This document shows positions 57,566-64,000 of a DNA stretch of 64,000 bases, piece after piece. A program made the translations under genes and the position numbers. The stretch's first letter is position 1. Every line of letters starts with the position of its first letter. Below the pieces are notes generated by a model. That model was not told the DNA's origin. It saw only the letters and a list, made by a program, of their open reading frames with translations, and made no database searches. This stretch comes from a virus (taxonomy: Duplodnaviria; Heunggongvirae; Uroviricota; Caudoviricetes), in the IMG/VR virus record IMGVR_UViG_3300035492_000070. One strand, given 5' to 3'.

Positions 57566-59596
57566 ATGTTTGAAGTGGTAGAACTGGGCGGTGTGAAAAC
57601 CGTCACGTCTGTATCCAATCTCAACCACGTTTACGTTGTGGATTGCAGTGGATCTATGTATAGTGACTTGCCAAAAATTCGGCAGCACTTGAAAAACATC
57701 ATCAGCCTTGTACCTCAGCCGGGTGATACATTCAGTGTCATTTGGTTTAGTGGTCGCAATCAGTGTGGAGTTGTGTTTGAAAACCTGCCTGTCGATGATG
57801 CTGCTACCTTAGCAGTCGCACACAAAGCAATTGACAAGTACCTTGTACCAAGTGGTTTAACATCATTTGTTGATCCAATTGACCTTGCTTTGACGTTGTC
57901 GTTAAAACCGGGTAATTTGAACAACTTCATTTTCATGTCTGATGGTTATGACAATCAGTCTTCCAGAACCAAAATTCTAGAACGCACGGCTGAATTAAGC
58001 ACTGTTTACCATAACGTAGCATTCATTGAATATGGTTACTACGCTGACCGTGAAATGTTGACTGCAATGGCTGAATCTGTTAATGGTATTCATATGTTTG
58101 CCGAAGGCATGGTGAACTATGAGCAAGTGGTAGAAAGCGCCATTAAGTCTACTGCTCGTGTTAGTACCGTTGACGTGAACGTCAACAAACGAGCCAAACA
58201 CGCAATTTATCAATACAATGGACAAATTCGTATTGTATCGGTTGAAGATGGTGTTGCTAAGGTTCCTGAAGATGTTGCACGTGTTCACTCTATCGTTCCT
58301 ACTGATGTGTTGAACAAACAACTGAGCGTCGAACACCTGCTTATGATCCTGTTCTATGCAGCTAAAACAAACAATGTGAAACTGACATGGGATGCGTTAC
58401 AGGCAATCGGCGATGAAGACCTGGTTGAGTCTTACCAGAACGCCTTCACAAAACAAGAACAGTCAGTATTCTTAGATCATGTAGAAGCTGCTATTAAAGG
58501 CGAAGCTCCTATGTTCGTGAATGGTCGAAATACAGAGGCAGTACCTGCTAAGGGTGCTAAAACCATTGTTGGCTTGTTGAATACGCTTTCTATGGTAGGC
58601 GCAAGTCTTGTGTTAGATTCTCCGCATTGGGGTTATAACCGTACAACTAAAGCTAGCACCGCGGGCGATACACTCCCTCGATTCGTGAAATCTCCAATGC
58701 AACGCTCTTCTTTACGTGGTCTTGTGTTCAATAGCTCACGTCCTAATGTGAGTATTGGTATGACGCAGAACGGTGTAGTGGAATTACCAGAAAACGAATT
58801 TGGGTTGAAATCTGTTCCTAGCCATATTCACCGTAACTATACCATTATCCGTGACGGTATCAAGAACGTGAAAGAGTTGCCTGTAGTGTTACCTACTCAA
58901 GTGTACCTTGAACTGGAAACCGTGTATCCTGCGTTCGTTGTTGAGCAGAATGATAAAGAAACCTACGCTGTATTCAATTTGAACCGCATTCCAGTTATCA
59001 ACCGTAAGAAAGTTGAAGAAATTACATTGGAAAAGGTTGTATCTACAATTTCTCAGTTGGAAATTCATAAGGCTGCTCAAAAGGTTATCAATGCTCTTAT
59101 TAAAGAACAAGGCGGTTCTGATGTTAAGATCGCAGGTTTAATTGATACCTATGGTGAAGAAGCTGCTAAATGGTTATCTTCGATTGGTGTACGCGACTAC
59201 GGATTCAGTCCTGTTAATACCAAAACAGTTGAAGCAACCGATGCTTATATGTCAATTGAGTTTGATTATAAGATTAAAGGCATGTCAAGTCTGCCTAGCA
59301 TCGAAGCAGTTCGTAAGAAATTGTCGGAGAACAAGAAACTGACGTTAGGTGATAATATCATTGCAGGTCTACTAGCTATCTATGGTGCGGCTGATATGGA
59401 AATGTTAGAAGCGTCTAAGACTATTACAGTAGCAGCTAAACGTTCACTTGAACTTGAACTAGCTGATATGGTATATACAATTATTCTAGGTCGTGTATGG
59501 TGGGGCGATACAGACGAGTATGTGACCGAGATTACCATCAATGGCGAAACCGCTCCGTTAACGTTAATCAAAACACGGAAAGAAATCAAAATTTAA
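57566..59596 (+). CDS. large vWA-domain protein (676 aa)
   Basis: N-terminal MIDAS YVVDCSGSM...WFSG; SD accaaggagaaacctt. Confidence 0.5.
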   Translation: MFEVVELGGVKTVTSVSNLNHVYVVDCSGSMYSDLPKIRQHLKNIISLVPQPGDTFSVIWFSGRNQCGVVFENLPVDDAATLAVAHKAIDKYLVPSGLTSFVDPIDLALTLSLKPGNLNNFIFMSDGYDNQSSRTKILERTAELSTVYHNVAFIEYGYYADREMLTAMAESVNGIHMFAEGMVNYEQVVESAIKSTARVSTVDVNVNKRAKHAIYQYNGQIRIVSVEDGVAKVPEDVARVHSIVPTDVLNKQLSVEHLLMILFYAAKTNNVKLTWDALQAIGDEDLVESYQNAFTKQEQSVFLDHVEAAIKGEAPMFVNGRNTEAVPAKGAKTIVGLLNTLSMVGASLVLDSPHWGYNRTTKASTAGDTLPRFVKSPMQRSSLRGLVFNSSRPNVSIGMTQNGVVELPENEFGLKSVPSHIHRNYTIIRDGIKNVKELPVVLPTQVYLELETVYPAFVVEQNDKETYAVFNLNRIPVINRKKVEEITLEKVVSTISQLEIHKAAQKVINALIKEQGGSDVKIAGLIDTYGEEAAKWLSSIGVRDYGFSPVNTKTVEATDAYMSIEFDYKIKGMSSLPSIEAVRKKLSENKKLTLGDNIIAGLLAIYGAADMEMLEASKTITVAAKRSLELELADMVYTIILGRVWWGDTDEYVTEITINGETAPLTLIKTRKEIKI

Positions 59597-59672
59597 ACTT
59601 GACTTCGTTTCGTTGATGTTATATTCTAAGGACAAGTAGAGATACTTGTCCTTTTTAATTATGAGGTGACTT

Positions 59673-60047
59673 ATGGAAAATACAGAATTTGTAAATTTAG
59701 TGAAACAAGCTATTGAAGCGTTTAAAGAACAAAATACTAAGAGTGAATCATTTGGGGCTTGCAAGTATTTACGAGAAAACAACGACGGCACGAAATTATG
59801 TTGTATTGTGGGTCACATGATGCCCAATGATGAAGTTAGAAAACGTGCTGATAAGTGTCTAAGTGAAACAGGAATATATTCCTTATGGGAACATGGTTTT
59901 GAGTGGGCTCAACAGTTTTCTACCCCGCAAATTAAGTTTCTGGGTGGTATGCAAAATATTCATGATTCAATTTATATCACTTACACCGTTCAAGAGGCAG
60001 TTGAAATAATGGAAGAAAAATTAGAAGAATACATTTCCTCTCCTTAA
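59673..60047 (+). CDS. hypothetical protein
   Basis: ORF only. Confidence 0.3.
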   Translation: MENTEFVNLVKQAIEAFKEQNTKSESFGACKYLRENNDGTKLCCIVGHMMPNDEVRKRADKCLSETGIYSLWEHGFEWAQQFSTPQIKFLGGMQNIHDSIYITYTVQEAVEIMEEKLEEYISSP

Positions 60048-60065
60048 ATTAAGGAATCTTATATT

Positions 60066-60728
60066 ATGATTATCGCGAAAAATGATGTATTCAAAACAAA
60101 CGAATCTTTCAACCGTCGGCTTTTACAGGTATTGAAACCTCAGGCAGGAAACGGTCAAGGCGTGACTGACTGGTTGGTTGAGCCAATCAAAAAAGCACAC
60201 CAGTTAGGTTGGACCCTGGCACCTGAGGCATTAGCTCTATTAGGTAAATGTTTAGAAAATAACCCCGACCTAGGCTTAGAGTCGGTTTACTTTGAAATGA
60301 AAACTGCGCAGAACCAAGATCCAACCAAAGAAGAATCCAAAAACCCTCTAGATGGTTTGAAACGTTCTTTCGACGCATTCGCTGCTCGTAAATATGCCGT
60401 TAAATTTCAGAATGCGGCCAAACGTGGGATTGACTTCGACCTGTCGTTTACCGATATGAAGAAATTGTTGAAACAGAAGAAATGTTTCTACACTGGCGTA
60501 GATCTTGTATTCGGCGAAGATGAAAATGGTAACACTCAACCCAACCAATGGACACTTGACCGTGTGGATAACAATATTGGCTACACTAAACAGAATACCG
60601 TTGTGTGTTCGCATATTGCTAACCAATGGAAATGTAAAGCGATTGAAAGTCCAGAGATTAAACTACCTTTCGATCAAATCTTAGCAGTTGTAACCAAAAT
60701 GAATTCTTTAATCGGAGAAAAGAAATGA
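60066..60728 (+). CDS. HNH endonuclease
   Basis: CFYTGVDL...TLDRVDNNIGYTKQNTVVCSHIANQWK (HNH_3-like). Confidence 0.55.
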   Translation: MIIAKNDVFKTNESFNRRLLQVLKPQAGNGQGVTDWLVEPIKKAHQLGWTLAPEALALLGKCLENNPDLGLESVYFEMKTAQNQDPTKEESKNPLDGLKRSFDAFAARKYAVKFQNAAKRGIDFDLSFTDMKKLLKQKKCFYTGVDLVFGEDENGNTQPNQWTLDRVDNNIGYTKQNTVVCSHIANQWKCKAIESPEIKLPFDQILAVVTKMNSLIGEKK

Positions 60729-60946
60729 ATCAGTTTTTAATATCAATGTTTATATTAACCTATGCTTTGCCGTTGGTTGTCGTGTGGGGTTATGTCGCCT
60801 ATATGAGCTATATTGACCGCAAGAACGGTGTTGATAATCCGGTTTCTGATATTGCTCTTGCGTTAATTATGGGAGCAATTCCTTTAATGAACGTGGTTAT
60901 GATGAAAGAAGCCCTTGTTGATTTGTATGAGGTAAAACAAAGATGA
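60725..60946 (+). CDS. small membrane protein
   Basis: two hydrophobic helices. Confidence 0.3.
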   Translation: MNQFLISMFILTYALPLVVVWGYVAYMSYIDRKNGVDNPVSDIALALIMGAIPLMNVVMMKEALVDLYEVKQR

Positions 60947-61176
60947 GCAATCTAATACCTATTCCAAGTGAAGGCCATTGGGCATTAAAACATATCATGT
61001 TTGACCCTGCTACAGAAGAGTTCGTGGCTTTTGATGAAGCAGGTTTAGAGTATGGTTGTTATAAGAATGTAGGTGCAGCAATTTATGCACTAGAGGAATA
61101 TAATAAAATCTTAGACCTTGCTGCAGAAGATCGTGACCGGTATGACATTCAACATGAGCTTGACTCACTTCGTTGA
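60943..61176 (+). CDS. hypothetical protein
   Basis: ORF only. Confidence 0.3.
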   Translation: MSNLIPIPSEGHWALKHIMFDPATEEFVAFDEAGLEYGCYKNVGAAIYALEEYNKILDLAAEDRDRYDIQHELDSLR

Positions 61177-61221
61177 TTCTGTTTAAATACGTGAAATTGA
61201 CAAAGGGCATTAAGGAATAAA

Positions 61222-62730
61222 ATGACCGATTTAACAAAATACAAAAAACTCACCGAGTTAGAACATATCTTAGCACGACCAGGCATTTACATAGGCAACG
61301 TATCTAATACCACTATGCCTACCTGGGTTGTAGAAAACGGTAAAATGGTTGAACATGAAATTACATTCAACCCTGGTTTGTTAAAATTGTTCGACGAAAT
61401 TATTTCCAACTCAGTGGACGAACATATCCGTTCTGGAAAAGTCAAAAACATTTGGGTTGACCTGTTTCCAATGACGGGTGAAATTCGTATTCGAGACGAT
61501 GGTGGAATTCCAGTAGCAAAACATCCTGAATTTGGTACATACATTCCAGAAATGATTTTCGGCGAGTTGCGTACAGGTTCAAACTTTAATGATGATGACA
61601 GAACAACCGCTGGCGTAAACGGGTTAGGATCGAAATTGACATCCATCTTTTCAACCGAGTTTAAAGTTGAAACTGCCGATGGTAAAAATCGTTTTGTACA
61701 GAGTTTTCGTAACAATACACGAGATCGCGGTACGGCTGTGATACAGCCATCGAAAGACAATGGCACTACTATTACGTTCATTCCCGATTACAGTCGCTTA
61801 GATTGTGAATTAGACGAGCCTAACATTAAAAAGATTGAGCGTCGAGTGTATGACGTGGCTGGGTGCAATCCTGGCATCAACGTATTCTTGTATGGTAAAA
61901 AAATTGACATTAAGTCATTTAAAGACTACGTTGAATTGTTCACCGAAGAATATGTATTCGACGAAACCGATGATTACTCTATTGCGTTAAGTGCAAGAGA
62001 TGATTCTCAATTCAAGCACGTATCTTTTGTCAATGGTATTGATACCTACAACGGCGGAACTCATATTGACTATGTCATGTGGGGTATCGTCAATAAGCTA
62101 CGAGAACTGATTAAAAAGAAACATAAAATTGATGTAAAGCCTAATACCATACGTCAACAGATGTTCTTAATCATGAAATGTCGTGTTAATGCACCTGCGT
62201 TCAACTCACAAACCAAGGAATTCATGTGTTCTGAGGCTCGTGACTTTGGTACGTCATATACCCCTAATGACAAATTCATTAAGAAGTTGTTTGAATCTCC
62301 TGTCGTAGAAAAAGTATTGGATTGGGTTAATGCAGAAAAGCGTAAGGAAGAACTTGCCGAACTGCGTAAATTGAACAAACAAACCCAGAATAACAATTTC
62401 TTGAAACGCATTACCAAATTCGATGATGCCACTGGTAAAGACAGAAGCAAGTGTATTCTTGTATTGACTGAGGGTGATTCGGCAGCAACTACAATACTGT
62501 CGGCGCGTGACCCTGAAACGATTGGTGTGTTTCCGTTACGAGGTAAGTTCATTAACGTTCGTGACATTGAAGTTAAGAAGTTAGCCTCTAATGAAGAATT
62601 CCAAAACATCATGGCGATTATGGGATTGAAGATAGGTAAAAAGGTAGAACCCTTGCCGGATGGAAACGATGTGGTAGTCCTAATAGACGGTGTCGAATAT
62701 ATCATGAATGAGAACGACATACCAGTATAG
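61222..62730 (+). CDS. 39: DNA topoisomerase II large subunit gp39 (GyrB-like ATPase + first half of Toprim), ends at the T4 39/60 split site
   Basis: GHKL ATPase motifs (ELEHILARPGIYIG, DGGIPV, GLGSK), Toprim LTEGDSA; stops after ...MAIMGLKIGKK, before the expected IMTDADxDG motif. Confidence 0.8.
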   Translation: MTDLTKYKKLTELEHILARPGIYIGNVSNTTMPTWVVENGKMVEHEITFNPGLLKLFDEIISNSVDEHIRSGKVKNIWVDLFPMTGEIRIRDDGGIPVAKHPEFGTYIPEMIFGELRTGSNFNDDDRTTAGVNGLGSKLTSIFSTEFKVETADGKNRFVQSFRNNTRDRGTAVIQPSKDNGTTITFIPDYSRLDCELDEPNIKKIERRVYDVAGCNPGINVFLYGKKIDIKSFKDYVELFTEEYVFDETDDYSIALSARDDSQFKHVSFVNGIDTYNGGTHIDYVMWGIVNKLRELIKKKHKIDVKPNTIRQQMFLIMKCRVNAPAFNSQTKEFMCSEARDFGTSYTPNDKFIKKLFESPVVEKVLDWVNAEKRKEELAELRKLNKQTQNNNFLKRITKFDDATGKDRSKCILVLTEGDSAATTILSARDPETIGVFPLRGKFINVRDIEVKKLASNEEFQNIMAIMGLKIGKKVEPLPDGNDVVVLIDGVEYIMNENDIPV

Positions 62731-62752
62731 CCGTCTTAGTCCGAGTCTAGAA

Positions 62753-62790
62753 CGTCTCCTTTTATAAATAAATTTTTATAGAAGGAGACG
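62753..62790 (+). promoter_or_regulatory. hairpin cgtctcctt/aaggagacg burying the endonuclease SD; 20-nt loop holds late promoter TATAAATA (62763-62770)
   Basis: seen directly. Confidence 0.55.
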
Positions 62791-62793
62791 ATA

Positions 62794-63885
62794 ATGTTAT
62801 ATACAATTACAGTAGAAAATAAAACATTCACACACAAAAGTAAAAACCAGTTTGTTAGGTTACTGAATAAAGAGTTTGGATCGTTAGAAGCTCTTTATCG
62901 AAAGCATTTTGACGATGGTAGAGTATGTGCGTGGTCAGGTAAACCTATCAAGACAAACATAGTTTTTAAACAGGACGAAAGTGGTCAAATCGTTTTAATT
63001 AATGATTACAAACATCTAGCGTGCCGAGAGAGTGGGTGTGTATGTGTGACAATGAACCCTAGAAGTTATGAATGGTTAGTAATGGGTAGAGGTATGACCA
63101 AAGAAGAGGCGGAGATTTTTTCTCGGTCTATAGGAAAGAAGAGTCGATCTACATTAAACAAAAAAACTGAGGGTACCGTTAAACATAACCCTTATAGTAA
63201 AGAATATTATATGAGCAGGGGAATGACAGAAGAAGAAGCCCAAGCTAAAGTGAACGAGAGAAACAGAAGAAGAAAAGAATTCTGGCAAGCAAAAGGGTAC
63301 ACCGAAGAAAGAGCCAATAGAATGGCAAAATTTCATTCAGCAACAGGCACCTTTGAATTTCTAATGTACTTCATGGGGTATAGCGAAGAAGAGGCAAAGG
63401 AAGAGTTAAAAAGGCGTTCGGAAATATCATCGGCAAACGGTAAACATAACGAATTAGTTACAAATCGAAGTAGAAAGGGCAGCGTTGACGCGGATAATTT
63501 TTTCACTGAGTTATATACGGAGGTTTTTGAGCCTCTGGGTATATCTAAAGATGAGATATTCACAGAAGCCTTTGGCGGGAAAGAGTACTTTTTAAGGAAC
63601 CTTGACGGTATTGTATGGTACGATTTTTATATACCTTCATTAAAACTTATCATCGAGTATTGTGGCACTCATTGTCATGCTAAAGATCCCACCGACATGA
63701 ATTGGAAATGTTTATTCAGCGGCAGAACGGCCAAAGAATCTTACGATAAAGATCAAAGAAAAAAGAAATTGGCTAAAGAACAACTTGACGTCGGTCTTTA
63801 TTACTTATACTATACAGGCGACGATAAAGTTAAATTTATTAACGATTTAAAAATTAAAGTGGCAAAAGAATTGGAGAAATTTTAA
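62794..63885 (+). CDS. free-standing homing-endonuclease-like protein, paralogue of 28027..29190 (tandem G-MTEEEA repeats + Vsr-like C-terminal nuclease domain)
   Basis: LIIEYCGTHCHAKDP...KDQRKKKLAKEQLDVGLYYLYYTGDD; repeats YYMSRGMTEEEAQAK / VMGRGMTKEEAEIF / FMGYSEEEAKEEL. Confidence 0.55.
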   Translation: MLYTITVENKTFTHKSKNQFVRLLNKEFGSLEALYRKHFDDGRVCAWSGKPIKTNIVFKQDESGQIVLINDYKHLACRESGCVCVTMNPRSYEWLVMGRGMTKEEAEIFSRSIGKKSRSTLNKKTEGTVKHNPYSKEYYMSRGMTEEEAQAKVNERNRRRKEFWQAKGYTEERANRMAKFHSATGTFEFLMYFMGYSEEEAKEELKRRSEISSANGKHNELVTNRSRKGSVDADNFFTELYTEVFEPLGISKDEIFTEAFGGKEYFLRNLDGIVWYDFYIPSLKLIIEYCGTHCHAKDPTDMNWKCLFSGRTAKESYDKDQRKKKLAKEQLDVGLYYLYYTGDDKVKFINDLKIKVAKELEKF

Positions 63886-64000
63886 TGAAATACGAAATTC
63901 TAAGAGTTGCATCGGAAAAAGACTTAAAAACTCTTCCTCGGTATCAGAATGTCCGTCGGGCGCCAAATACTAGATTTTCACGTATTTTGTTAGCAACTGA
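63885..64000 (+). CDS. 60: topoisomerase II gp60-like fragment (Toprim second half), 3' end outside window
   Basis: MKYEILRVASEKDLKTLPRYQNVRRAPNTRFSRILLAT resembles T4 gp60 N-terminus (...KYKLQNNVRRSIKSS...VAIMTDAD); ATG overlaps the upstream stop (TAATG). Confidence 0.5.
   Translation, partial: MKYEILRVASEKDLKTLPRYQNVRRAPNTRFSRILLAT

Overview
This window reads as a low-GC, T4-like myovirus genome segment in which nearly all sequence is coding or structured RNA. The left part carries early and replication genes on the + strand. These include the 3' end of an SF2 helicase, RNase HI, the gp55 late sigma factor, gp47/gp46 (Mre11/Rad50-like), a large Alt-like ADP-ribosyltransferase, DexA, UvsX, the gp41 helicase, dNMP kinase and a family-B DNA polymerase. 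Around 35.0-38.0 kb there is a dense island of tRNAs and tRNA-like RNAs. It is followed by DenV (endonuclease V) and, on the - strand at 43.4-53.9 kb, a baseplate and tail-fibre module with gp25, gp6, gp5, gp27 and gp53 homologues. The right end carries dCMP deaminase and the topoisomerase II large subunit (gp39).

Five things stand out. (1) A 7-deazaguanine DNA-modification cluster (queE, queD, a DpdA/TGT-like transglycosylase, folE) has two GT-B glycosyltransferases inside it and a MazG-like pyrophosphatase at its end. No queC is present in the window. (2) The DNA polymerase gene is interrupted by a group I intron with a recognisable IA catalytic core (P/Q/R/S elements) and an HNH endonuclease ORF. 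(3) The gp41 helicase gene is fractured. Its N-extein ends in an intein N-half, and a free-standing endonuclease gene with a Vsr-like nuclease domain follows. The next ORF then opens with an intein C-half (ending LFYANNILTKN|S) fused to the helicase C-terminus. This matches the split-intein 'fractured gene' arrangement. (4) A paralogous endonuclease splits the topoisomerase II gene at the T4 gene 39/60 position. Both endonuclease genes have their start region or ribosome-binding site buried in a hairpin whose loop holds a T4 late-promoter box (TATAAATA). (5) The RNA island contains a family of stem-enclosed structured RNAs with a conserved architecture: S1, an AAA/UGU internal loop, S2, a leader ACAGCAA(C)AAAAA, a cargo, a CG-UAAAA trailer, then S2' and S1'. 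In two of them the cargo is a complete tRNA (Asn-GUU, Gly-GCC) in circularly permuted order: positions 29-73, a 3-nt linker, then positions 1-28. The stems differ in sequence between copies but keep their pairing, which points to selection on RNA structure.

Three smaller observations are reported as well. An SPFH lipoprotein gene has an in-frame TAA at codon 5 of its signal peptide. Several early promoters carry palindromic operator-like repeats. Repeat-bearing endonucleases of the GIY-YIG, HNH and Vsr-like types are scattered through the window. Coordinates derived by hand (tRNAs, RNA elements, motifs) may be off by 1-2 nt.
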